Below are positions 51,569 to 64,000 of a stretch of DNA of 64,000 nt, one piece after another. Each line of letters starts with the position of its first letter. The first letter of the stretch is position 1. The translations under genes were made by a program, and so were the position numbers. Below the pieces are notes generated by a model that was not told the origin of the DNA, ran no database searches, and was given only the letters and a program-made list of their open reading frames with translations. The stretch is from Octopus vulgaris. Taxonomy: Eukaryota. The DNA lies in NCBI GenBank assembly GCA_951406725.2, contig OX597823.1:116312001-116376000 (forward strand), in the 5' to 3' direction.

Positions 51569-51823
51569 TATTGGGTTGGTGCATAATTATTGTGGCTTTT
51601 TTTCAACAAATGTTATTCAACAAAAACAATAACAATATTTAACAAAAACATCTTTAAATGACGGTCTGACTGTCTGCCAAGCAAATGGGAAGCAGTAATT
51701 GAAGTAGATGGTGATTATGCTCCGGAATAATCATTTAAAGATGCTTTCGTTATATGTTGTTATTGTTTTTGTTGAATAAAATTTGTTTTAAAAAAGCTGC
51801 AATAATTATGCAATAACCCAATA
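51569..51823. mobile_element. Mariner-derived MITE
   Basis: TAttgggttggtgcataattattg / caataattatgcaataacccaaTA. The inverted arms extend about 90 bp, and the centre encodes LPSKWEAVIEVDGDYAPE*, a mariner transposase C-terminus. Confidence 0.88.
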
Positions 51824-54201
51824 AATTTTGGTTTGAAATCTTTGATTTGTATGCTGCTAAATATGGCAAAGAATGTAATGTTTTGTTTAATGTAATATAT
51901 TTGCATTTCAGAATTATTCACACTAATAGTTTTTGGAATAATTGTTAGCAAAATTAACAAATTTTTAGAGTCTTCAAAGTCGTTAGTAATTCTAAATATG
52001 TATTAGAATTATAGAAGAAATTAGTACAGTGACATTTTAGTCAATATTGTTTTATTGATGCAGAGAAAAAAGATAAAGAAAAAAATTTAACTCAACATCA
52101 GTATGATTTGAACTTGAAACCCCAAGATATTAAACCTACAAGAGTTTCAGCACACTGCTATCTAACCTATCTTCACTTCTATTTTAACTTATTAAAGAGA
52201 AAAAAAATTAAATATCAACATTGGCAGAGGATCTGTGATTTCGTTCTTTTTGGCAGTGTTTGTTTACTGCTGTCATGAATGTCTGAAGATGTTAGATTAC
52301 TTTTATTTAAACTACAGGAACTCTTAATTAGTAAAGTGGTTGGGGAATAAATAATTAAGTGGGCACTAATGTACTTAGCATAGTGAGCCAGAACATTCTA
52401 ATTAATTAAAAATTATACCTACAGCAATGAAAACAAAATTATTATCTTAATAAGTAATTCTGTGAAGAAAGGTAGGAAAGACAACTGGATCATTTGAATT
52501 AACATCAAATGTAGAGCAGAGTGGTGAGTCTAGTTTTTGACAGTATAGAGACAACTACAGACATGTTTCAGTCTTATTAGATACCATCAGCTTAATCTTA
52601 CTGTGACTGCTAGATATTAGAATGTTGTGGTCAAATAGCTAATACTGAAGATTATAGGATCAGTGGAAAAAGTTATTGTTTGAAATTTTGTTGAACTATT
52701 CTAGGTATAATTGTCTCTTGGGGTTGGGTGATAGGAAGCAGGGATGTTTAAATGATTTTTTAATAGAATCAATTGTTTTTACATCAAGATATTCTTCCAA
52801 CAACAAATTGTATTATATTCCATCTCTGCAGATGTCGACCTACCACTTCAACATCCCTAATTTACAAGGCCCTGTCTCTTTCTTTCTTTTTAATTAAATG
52901 ATTAAAACTTAATTAGTAATTACTTGAAATCTTCTGATTAAGGGATGATATGTGGTAATATTTGCTGTAGAGTTGATGTTGTTAGTTTGCTATATTGTGT
53001 CTTATTCACCTGTTACTGATGTCAGCCAATGAAACGTGGCCATGCTGGGGCACTGCTATTGAAACAACATGTCCACACAAGCTAATGGCAACTTTTCTAT
53101 GCATTTGTTTACTGATCAGTTCTTAATAATTTCAGGGTGTTATTAGTTTCAACACCAATTTATAGTGTTAAAACCACAACACTTTAAAGTAGAAGAATGG
53201 AGTAAAGTGAATCATGCAGTAAAGTAGAGTGGGTTTGCTAGAGACATAAATTCAAATTCTTACAATACTCATGCTAGGAATGGAACAAACAGTATGTTGA
53301 TTTGTGACTGTTCTTTTATCCAAAAACAAATCAAGTTGATCCAGCAAGTTCAACATCTCCCAGGTTGTCATGTTCTTTAAGGATTCCAGTGTGGTGTGTG
53401 TTTGATATTGTGGATGGTGGGAACACTGGTAATACAGAGTAGAATTTCACTTCAAAGAATGTAAAACTCAACCTGAACAAGCTATTCATCATAGTTTGGT
53501 GCAACACCATTTTTCTCATGCATTAATTTCAAACAATATTTCTTAGTTGTTTTAACTACCAAATAGAATAAACTTCAAACTCCACCATATTGTCAACATG
53601 AAAGTATCAATCCTTTGATTTTATGTAAATATGTAAAACCACAACACATGAGTCGTTTGAACTGCCACTGACCATTTCAGCTTGGGAAGCTTTTCTATTT
53701 CTCTAACATCCTATGAGAATTTCCAGAATAAGCTATTATGAAAACTTCAAAACCATTAATGTTTTCTCTTTATATTCAGTTCCACTGTTAACATATTCAG
53801 AACTCTGTGTCAATGCTCCTTTACACCTTTCCAAAATAACCCATAAACAACCAAGAAAAGCCATTCATCGTTACGAAGTCAGTCAAGTGTAACTAAAGCT
53901 GGCATGGTCTCTACTGGGACATCACCTCCAATTCTCATTCTTTTCATATTTGAACATAATTTCTAAAGCTGCTACTGATCTGTTTTTCTCTAGTTTCAGC
54001 TAAAACTACATTTCCTGCCATTAGTTGTAGAACACAATCATTGGTGGTGGTTCACAACAAATGTCATTGGTTTAATAAATTGATACACTCTAATTAGATT
54101 ACTTGTTTATAGCTGTAATTATTTAATTATTATATTCCTTCTTAATAATGTCTGTGAAATAATCTTCTGGTGTTGACTTTGAATTGTGTGGCCAACAACC
54201 T

Positions 54202-54429
54202 TTAACCCTTTCATTACCATATTTCTGTTGAGATGCTCTGTGTTTCTTTCGTTTATTTTAAATATAACAAAGAATTTAGTAAAATAACTTGGTTATCATT
54301 CAGTTAGTGTTAGGAGCATAAATTGTGACTAAGGTTTGGTGGAAGATTTTAATTCAGAACTTATGAAAACAAGACATTTGTACTCAGAGCCAGAAGCAGT
54401 TTCAGCCAGGTTAGTAACGAAAGGGTTAA
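54202..54429. mobile_element. TTAA-type (piggyBac-like) MITE, family 2
   Basis: TTAAccctttcattac...gtaacgaaagggTTAA. Confidence 0.85.
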
Positions 54430-54719
54430 CCCAACAAATGAAGGTGAGGAACACTTATGTAGTTGCTTGACTTTCTAGAAATAACCACCAAATCTTCTTA
54501 GAAACCATCCTCTACTATCTTAAAAAGAGAAAAGCCAATGCCAGTGCCCACTGTCAGGCATCTACCGTACTCTGAATGTCTTCCTTCCCTGGGCATGGAC
54601 ACATTAAAGCTCCAACGTCAGGCAACTGTCTTAGCAGACATCCACAAGATTATCTCCCTTCCCTCCAACAAATACCTTGGCCACTTTTTTGAATTTCATA
54701 TGTCAAACGCTTGTAGACT

Positions 54720-55071
54720 TACTCTTTTACTTGCTTTATTTATTTGACTGTGGCCATGCTGGAGCACCACTTTTAGTCAAGCAAATCGACCCCAGAACTT
54801 ATTCTTTGTAAGCCTAGTACTTATTCTATTGGTCTCTTTTGCCGAACTGCTAAGTTACAGTGACGTAAACACACCAGCATCAGTTGTCAAGTGATGTTGG
54901 GGGACAAACACAGACACACAAACATAGACACACACACACATATATATATATATACATATATACGATGGACTTCTTTTCCGTCTACCAAATCCACTCACAA
55001 GGCTTTGGTCAGCTCAAGGCTATAGTAGAAGACACTATAGCCTTGAGCTGACCAAAGCCTTGTGAGTGGAT
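54720..55071 (-). mobile_element. SINE family A, 5'-truncated with terminal fold-back
   Basis: Minus-strand copy stops at gtagaagacac and continues as an inverted duplicate of the preceding ~38 bp. Confidence 0.88.
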
Positions 55072-55437
55072 TATACTCTCATGTAAATACATGGTGCTTG
55101 TGTTAAGAAACAGTATTTGAGTTCAACTCATTTTCGGATTGAATATATTGCTTTTTTTGGACAACATTCGTTTTTGCAATGATCTTACACTTACCACTGG
55201 TATCCAATCCACCATGGACGGATGAAACAGGGTTGACTTTTACTACTGGTAATTGCTCAACTATATTGGGTTGACCTTACATATTGGGTTGACCTTTCTA
55301 ATGATAACTACTCCATCATGAAGTGACTACGCATCGTTGACCTCATCACTGGTAACCGTTCCATCATCTGGGACAAATGGTGTTCTTATTGTGCATCTGG
55401 AAGAGAAGTACACATACATATGCATGCATGTGCATAC

Positions 55438-55775
55438 GTGAAGGTGCATGGCTCAGTGGTTAGAGCGTCGAGCTTACGACCGTGAGTTTGTGAGCTCAAA
55501 TCCTGGACCGGGCTGTGTGTTGTGTTCTTGACCAGGACACTTTATTTCACATTGCTCCAGTTAACTCAGCTGTAGAAATGCGTTGCAATGTCATGGGTGC
55601 CAAGCTGTATCGGCCCCTTTGCCTTTCCCTTGGATAACACTAGTGGTGTGGAGAGGTGAGGCCGGTATGCATGGGTGACTGCTGGTCTTCCATAAACCAC
55701 CTTGCCCAGACTTGTGACTAGGAGGGTAACTTTCTAGGTGCAATCCCATGGTTAGTGTCATGACCGAAGGGGGTC
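55438..55775 (+). mobile_element. tRNA-derived SINE family F (possibly CORE-type)
   Basis: tggctcagtggttagagcgt (A box), gagctcaaatcc (B-box-like), then tgtgttcttgaccaggacactttatttcac..ctcagctgtagaaatg, which resembles a CORE domain. A tail fragment lies at about 45250-45420. Confidence 0.75.
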
Positions 55776-57174
55776 CCAACCTGACGACCATGTGCATACA
55801 CACACACATACAAACACATATGCATGCACACGTGCACACACATATACGTAGATGTAAGGTCTGAACTCATAACCATAAGGTTAGTAGTCCAGTGCTCTAA
55901 ATTACAAAGTTGTGCTACTTAGCCAATGTTTTGCTCCTTAACATAATTCATAAAACAAGAGAAGTTTGTATGTTGTTGGAAGAGATGAAACTTCATGAAA
56001 CCTCATTTCACAATGCTTAAATATTTTACTTCATAAATTTATTAACTGGTTTATTTTCTGTTTCTTTTTTTTTTTGTTGTTCTTTCTATTATTTTTCCTC
56101 TGGGATCTTTGTGGTTTTCATAAATGTTTACAATTATCTTTAAAAAAATTATTTAATGTATCATATAGATGTGATTTGTGACACTGAATCCAAATTTGTT
56201 ATTCATTTATTCCAGAAAAATATTGCTAAAATGTTACAGGTGTTCAAAGTTTGATAATTTTCAGAATTTTCAGCCAATCAGAAAACAGCACATTCACTAC
56301 CTCTTCCATCGTCAGGAGTGGCTGGGGGGTCATCAACATGACAAAACATTGCTATAAATAACAGTCAAAACATTAAAATATACACAAATGAATTTAACAT
56401 TAAAACATTCATGAGCAAATTAAATATTTAAAAGCTATGAACAAACAAACCAACAGGAGTTGCTAGAAATAACAGACATTTATTAGTTTAAAAATTCAAG
56501 ACCGAAAGTTCGCAATACAACCTAGGATTTTATAAAATAAACTAGCTGGCTCCATGTCGTCAAAAATGATGGCTAATTGTAGTATTTTATATATAAATAT
56601 GGATGGTAAATCAAATTAATACACTTGTCAATGTTCAGATGCTTTTACATACTTCCCTTGTACAAATATGTGAATGAAAATTAAGTTTAATTTGTAGCCA
56701 AAATAGTACTGAATCTTTTGATACTCCATACGTCAAATCTGTTACTCGGTTTTGGAAAGCATAAGGAATATATAATATCAATCAGGCAGACCTCTACATA
56801 GTAGCTAGACCTGGTAGAAATAGCAGCTAAATATTCATCAAAGCACCCTACTGTCTTAATCCAACAATTCTGCCTATTATGTAGTTTGAATGGGAAACTG
56901 TAACTAAAGATTAAGATTATTAACCCCAGAGAGAGAGGAAAGAATTGAGACAGTATAGCGATGGTTTTGGCTAACTGTCATCTTGTACACCTCTTGTTAC
57001 TAGGGAAATGGCATGTGACAGCTGTGTGAGCAACGGGTTGTTTTAATAACAGAACAAACAGAACATAATGATTACAAAAATAGCGATTCTCACTTTAAAC
57101 TAACAATTTTGAAAATCTTTTTAAATTACGGAACACCCCGCTCTCTCATGTATCCATGTTTAAAATTTCAGCGC

Positions 57175-57570
57175 ATTTCTATGTTGGCATGGATTAGACA
57201 ATTTGACTGGAACTGGTAAGCCAGAGAGCTGCACCAGCTTCCAGTCTGATTTTGGCTTGGTTTCTACAGCTGGATGCCTTTCCTAATGCCAACCATTCCG
57301 AGAGTGTAGCAGGTACCTTTTATGTGTCATCGGTATGGGTGCTACTATGTGTCACTGTCACAGGTGCTTGTACATGTCACCAGCACCAGCCATATATATG
57401 TATATTTATATATATATATCATCATCATCATCATCGTTTAACGTCCACTTTCCATGCTAGCATGGGTTGGACGATTTGACTGAGGACTGGCGAACCAGAT
57501 GGCTGCACCAGGCTCCAATCTTGATCTGGCAGAGTTTCTACAGCTGGATGTCCTTCCTAACGCCAACCAT
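57175..57570 (-). mobile_element. Two adjacent repeat family C copies
   Basis: An older copy at 57175-57390 and a younger truncated copy at 57420-57570. Confidence 0.8.
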
Positions 57571-57574
57571 TCAT

Positions 57575-57639
<65 letters not shown>

Positions 57640-58669
57640 CATACATACACACATACAACAAGCCCACCATAACCTCTAAATTCACTTAACAAGTGTAACG
57701 CTTATTGAATTAGAATCTCAATAGACGTCTACTCCAAAACAATGAGAATATGAAATACAAATGGCTCACAATATAAAACAAATGGAAATAAACAAACACA
57801 GTAAATTTATACATTCCATCTTCAGCTGCCAAACAAATATCATTATGGTTTCAACACCTGGGCAGCACTAGTCAATCCAATGACATAGAGTCAAATATAT
57901 AAGAGCTGCTTGGAAATATTTGACAAGAAAGTGGAGCCGAGTTCAAGTACAGTGTGTTCATTCAGTTGCCACCTGCTAATACTTACAAAGCACAAATACA
58001 AATATCAAATTTCGAACAGAAATCACCACGTAACTCTAGCTATCAAAAGTAGAAAGTAAATAAAATAAGCATAGAATATAGAGAAAATAAATCAAAATGG
58101 AAATATGCTACCAAAAGAACTATAAAACAAAACAAAACTAAGCATGGTAAATCGAAGTTATTAACCACATAAATCAAAAACAAAGTTACAAACATAAATC
58201 AATAAAATATGTAAAATATAATAAATACCATAAGAATAACCTGCTACTGTGTTACATGGTAACAAACAACCAAAAACAAGGGAATGCATCTTCCTAGAAC
58301 CGTTGAACAATATAAATTGATTGAAGAACATTAACTAAAACAGGCATTGCCATGATTAAAACATAAAAGATAATAAATGTTTTAAATTAATTAATGTATT
58401 AAAACTAACATTGCCACTGAACAACCCATAAAACATGCTTAAACAAGCAAAAAATAGTAATTAAAAGGAACCGACCCTATCGAAAATATTTTCCCCATAA
58501 ACTGCATTGAACCCATTTGCTGCGAGGAAAGACTTACCTCCTGACTCTGCTGCTAATCAAAACCAATTGTAATGTATGAGTGGAAGTCCTAAAGCCAGTT
58601 CCTAGTGGAAGTGATATCCTACCTAATAATATGTGGTAGGAAATGCAAAACAACAACAACAACAATAAT

Positions 58670-59390
58670 CAATGTTTAAACAAATCATTGCTAAGATTCA
58701 TTACAAGGCTTAAACTAGAAATCATCCCTAATTTTTTTCAAAACTTCCTTATGTCTCCTGAAGCCACACTTAAAACTTTTAACCAGCAATTTCGTATCGT
58801 AACCTTGTTTTTACATTCACTTCGTCAACAGCTTAACTCAGTTCACAAATACATCAATTTCCTTTGTAATTCTGCTGTATCTAATAACTTAACTGGAGAA
58901 CCCATTATACCTTTCTCTAGACATAATTCTATTCTGTGCCTCAGATAAGGATCCAGAATGAAAATTAAAGCTAACAGTTTTATATTATAAACAATGGTTA
59001 TAACCTTGTTATCCATAATAACTACCTTAACATCTAAATTAACCTTAATCACTGTCTCCACATTTCTATTAGCTACGTGATCTTCTGGACATACTTTCAC
59101 AAGCAAATTATCCCCCAAATCGTAGTTAAGAATAAAAATATTCAATATACCTGCAGCAACCACTAAGCTGTTTAACTAAACAAATCGTTTTCTTTTGGCA
59201 TAAATCACTAAGAAGACGAAAGTCACATGAAGACAAATATATTTTAGCTAATAAAGGGTTACAAACCATTGGGAAACTATTATCTTGTTTAGATATCCTA
59301 TCAGACACAGCAATATATGCGCTATTAATAATGAAATTAACCATTTCCTTCAATTTACTCCTAGGCAAACTAATAAAACCGTTATGCTAA
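58670..59390 (-). pseudogene. Decayed Penelope-like reverse transcriptase (motifs 4-7 and thumb)
   Basis: [42 protein letters not shown] resembles Q..GIPMG..PLLANLYL..RYIDD. It is followed by NLDVKV (FLDL-like) and VIRYSRIT..F..KQGYD..L.KSF (thumb). Coding similarity ends near 58670 with no recognisable endonuclease. Confidence 0.75.
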
Positions 59391-59534
59391 CTCCTAAATA
59401 TATATGTGTGTGTGTATAATAATATATACATACATATATATACATACATACATACATACATCTACACACACACACACACACATATATATATACACATATA
59501 TGTGTGTATATATATATGTATATATATATATATG

Positions 59535-59573
<39 letters not shown>

Positions 59574-59612
59574 GTATTATGTATGTATATGTATGTATGT
59601 ATGTATGTATAT

Positions 59613-60010
59613 AGGCACAGGAGTGGCTGTGTGGTAAGTAGCTTGCTAACCAACCACATGGTTCCGGGTTCAGTCCCACTGCGTGGCATCTTGGGCAAGT
59701 GTCTTCTGCTATAGCCCCGGGCCAACCAATGCCTTGTGAGTGGATTTGGTAGACGGAAACTGAAAGAAGCCTGTCGTATATATGTATATATATATATGTG
59801 TGTGTTTGTGTGTCTGTGTTTGTCCCCCTAGCATCGCTTGACAACCGATGCTGGTGTGTTTACGTCCCCGTCACTTAGCGGTTTGGCAAAAAAGAGACCG
59901 ATAGAATAAGTGCTGGGCTTACAAAGAACAAGTCCCGGGGTCGAGTTGCTCGATTAAAGGCGGTGCTCCAGCATGGCCGCAGTCAAATGACTGAAACAAG
60001 TAAAAGAGAA
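59613..60010 (+). mobile_element. SINE family A (CpG-rich, probably young)
   Basis: Complete copy; further minus-strand fragments lie at 60155-60250 and 60340-60540. Confidence 0.9.
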
Positions 60011-63000
60011 AGAGAAAGAGAGATATATATATATGTATGTATGTATATGTATGTATGTATGTATATATATATATGTATGTATGTATATATATATCCCTCT
60101 CTCTCTTTCAGAGAGGCACTGAGCAGCTATACGCACACATACACACATGGCAGTAACTTCCACCTACCGAATTCAATCACAAAGCTCCGGTCGGCTCGGG
60201 GCTATAGCGGAAGACACCTACCCAAAGTGCCACGCAGTGGGACTGAACCCGATGTGTGTGTGTGTATGTATGTATATATATATATGTGTGTGTGTGCGTG
60301 TGTGTGTGTGCGTGTGTGTGTGTATATATATATATATATCTTTTTTCCTTGTTTCCATCATTTGACTGAAGCCATGCTGGAGCACCATCTTAAGGGTTTC
60401 AAGTCAAACAAATTGACCCCCAGATCTTTTTTTAAGCATGGTACTTATTCTATCAGTCTCTTTTGCCAAACCTCTAAGTTACAGCAATGTAAATGCACCT
60501 GTCAATCAGTGGGGGGGGGGGACAAGCACACACTCAAACACATAACAATATGTACGGAGGAATCTGGACAGCTATTTGCTTTATAATATGCTGTAAACAT
60601 TGCTAACTTTTGTAAATGCCAGAGAGTTTACTGTTTCACAATTCTAGTTTCGTTTACCTCTTGTGAGTTATATTTAAAAACAGCACACAGGCCAAAATTA
60701 GTGTAGATACTTATGTGACAACTAGGTAGCTATTAGGATTTATATATATTGAGTATATGCTGTATATAGTAACCTGGGCAGGTATAAAACAACATAATGA
60801 TGATGCAGCATAGAGGGAGAGGAAAATTGCAACAAACTAAAACAGAATTTTTCACAAATGTCAATAATGTTCTGAAACAGCTGTAGAAACTAGGATCAAG
60901 ATTGGAGCAATACATTTTGAGATTATAGCAGTCAATAAATGTTTTATTTCTGTTTGTTGATTTTAGTAGGATGGGAAGCTGGTTTGTCTGGGAACTCTTA
61001 AATGTCAATGGTTTCCCACTATAAAGCTAGATGCAGAATATTTATTTATTCTGTTTCAGGAGACTCCCTTTGGTTTGGGAATTTAAAGACATCAAGTGTA
61101 CCATATAGAAGAGGCTGCTGTGTTGATATAAATATTTGTTACATACAGGTGACAGCTGCTGGGTGAGAATTAGGCAGTGTTGATATATAAAAATTACTGA
61201 GAATAGAGAAGAAAAACAAAGCAAGGAAAAAAAAGGGAAGAAGTGTTTATCCCTGTCACTGTGAAATGAAATTTCCTGAGTCCACCAAAAAATAGAACTG
61301 TTGATATTTCTTGAAAGTTGTATTGCCTCAATAAATTTGATATATCTCAATGGAAAATAGTTTCAAACAGAACATTCCTCAACTAAAAGATAGATTAGTA
61401 TATAAAACTACTTTGCATAGTTAAAGGCAATGAAATTTTATTTTGTATGTGATTTCGATAGTAAAAAGGGTTAAGTGAGAGAATAGCAGAGTTTCACAGA
61501 TAAGATCAGGTGTGGCAATAGTTCACACAAACTCATGAAAATATTCAATAAAAATAGTTATAGATTATGACAGTGATAACATAAAGTAGTGTTGTAAGAT
61601 GGTATAAGATGGTAACATATATTGGTTAGTATCTGCTTTGAACAGGATGAAGTAGCATGAGGTGACCGGTAGATTTTGAGTCAAATCTCTGGAAAGAAGT
61701 GACAGACCACTTGACAGAACAAGTTCTGTTATTGGTATATGGACTTAGGAAGTAAAACTGAAAAATAAAATACTAAAATAATTGAGTTACTAATTTCTTT
61801 AACTTACATTCATCTGTTTGTTTTATTTAATAATGCTATATAATATATCTTAATTAACTACCAGAGTTATTAGAATGTTGGATGCAAAGCCTTTTGGCAT
61901 TTTCTCTAGCTCTGTCCAGTCTGAGTTCAAATCCCATTGAGGTTACCTTTTCCTTTCATTCTATTGGATTTAGATTAATAAAGTACTAATCTTGAGATGG
62001 ATTAGCAAAATTGCTAGATTTTAAACAGAATGTCTGGCAGTATATGTTTTGGATCTTTGCATTTTGTGTTCAAATTCTGCCTCTTCATGATGGGAAATGG
62101 ATATTTATATTCCAGTTTATGTCTATAAATCACTAACATGAGATGGGGCAATATGTCAATTTGAGAAACTCTTTGGTTTCATCAATATACATGAGTACAG
62201 ACCCTACTGACTTGAAGTAAAGTTAGAATAGAATATATGCAAATGTATATTCTATACTAACATTGTATACACATTGATGCAATGTATGCAACTTCAATTA
62301 TCTACTGAGAAGTTACGATCACTCTGTTCCCTCAATTCATATTGCTAGCACTGAAGAACTATCTTTGGTTATTCAGCTTTCTAATGCAGACCAACTACCT
62401 CTTATAAAAGAATCCAAGTTCAAAGTAAGATTTTCATGAATTTTCTGTACATTCTCACACTGTTGTCATTCTTTTACTAAAGTAGATAGAAGACCATATA
62501 TTCTGAGAGGTGAGTATAGTTGATTAAATTGACTCCAGTTATTCACTGCCATCTTATCAATCTCAAAAACGATGAAAGGCAAAGATGACTTTTACAGAAT
62601 TTGAGCTGAGAATGTAAAGAGACACCAACGAATATCCCAGGCTATTTCATCCAATGCTCCACTGGTTTTGTGATCCACCACCTTCACACGATAAGATATC
62701 TGTTGGTTCGTTATGTGCCAAATAATTCAGTATTTGGTATTGATTAAGGTTTTGTTCATTCAACTGTAATCAGTGTGTAGTCACCTTGAAAAGAGAAGGC
62801 AAAACTACTTTTTCCTGATTTCCCAAAAGAGGACAGTTGCTTATAGCAATGACTGCTTCCCTGAACAGTAGAAACACCTTCAAATGGTTGTATTTTAGTA
62901 TCTGGCATCTTAGAGATAGGTTTTTATGACTGATACTGCTTTGCCTATTTTTTTCTCCTCGTAGATATTTAGATTTATATATTTCCAACATAAACAGAAC

Positions 63001-64000
63001 ACTGCTTCATTCCCTCTGCCGTTTTATGTTTCTGTCATTAAATTTAACATAGCTGTATTTTTTTCATCCATCAACAAATTGTGTTATTTGCTTTAGTCCG
63101 TTTTATATTTTTAACATTTTACAATTTCCTATTGCTACCTGCACTTATTTTACAACATTCTAATATATGTTGGAATTATTTTCAGCCAGGCTCATTGCAT
63201 CTTCATTTTTTTTTTTTTTTTGTGTCCTCATGTTCCATAGTCTTTTTTTTTCTTTTACTTTCTGTACTTTTTTTTATTTTGTCACTGTAAAAATCCCGAA
63301 CATTAGCTGGGAGAATGATTGCCTTAAAATATAGGTTCTTCTAGAAAAAATTATTTTGAGTTTTAACCAAAAGTCTTACAAGATGTTTCTTTTCTATAAT
63401 AATAACGAGAAATCGATGTGATTTTCTCTTTGATATTTTTGTTGTTCTTTTCCTTTCTTTCTCTCTCTCTCTCTCTCTCTCTTTGAGTCTCTCTCTCTCT
63501 CTCTCTCTCTCTGAGTCTCTCTCTTTCACTCTTCACGCACATCCACACACGCAAACACACCACACTGATGCATGCACTCACCCACACATACACATGTATA
63601 CGTACGCATAAACTTCTGAAAAGGAAAATAATATTTCCTCGAAATGATATGTAAAATTGATGGCCTGTCAGATAGATTTCGAAACAGTTTGAGCAAAATA
63701 ACGAAATTGTGCCTAAGAACAAGCCAAGAATATAACAGGGAAAAAAATATTGTCAAGAAAAGCTAAGAAATATTTCTTTATATAGAAACATTAGCTTTTC
63801 TCTTGAAACTTTTAAGAAAAGTTCAAACACTCAACATTAAAGGAGTAAAATTTACAAAGTGAATTCAGGTTTTATCTCATATAGTTATAACATAGATCTA
63901 TGTACGTAGGTGGATGTGTGAGAGGGTAAAAGAGAGAAGGAGAGAGTCCCACACTCTCCCTCTCTATTCATCTATCTATCTATCCATCTCTCTTTCTCTC

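Noticed and set aside
53331-53519. 62-aa minus-strand ORF as a host exon
   Set aside because: No recognisable homology and no supporting neighbouring exons.
56180-57140. Possible DNA transposon ending aattacggaacaccccg
   Set aside because: One Tc1-like terminus only; no matching TIR or transposase motif was identified.

Overview
AT-rich eukaryotic DNA, dense in microsatellites and almost entirely repeat-derived. The repeat families suggest an octopus-like cephalopod genome (inference). I find no intact host protein-coding gene, and nearly all listed ORFs are microsatellite or SINE artefacts. Supported content: (1) several SINE-like families in many copies; (2) a full-length but inactivated mariner element with TIRs (40491-41771), a mariner-derived MITE, and TTAA-flanked piggyBac-type MITEs; (3) an internally deleted Helitron with both termini and a PIF1 helicase remnant (7641-8726); (4) two Penelope-like RT relics (2760-3615; 58670-59390); (5) 3' ends of RTE, Tx1-like and R4/Dong-like LINEs, the last two sitting in specific microsatellites; (6) a 5S rRNA pseudogene possibly co-inserted with a SINE. 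The most interesting signal is a set of seven well-formed hammerhead-ribozyme motifs (one with a damaged stem I) in short elements embedded in (TA)n tracts. Six have an unusually long ~60-nt stem II with compensatory changes between subfamilies, and most lie in inverted or palindromic arrangements. A second, non-canonical CUGANGA-containing hairpin is conserved in the 3' region of the Penelope-like relic. All family assignments come from motif recognition by eye, not database searches.
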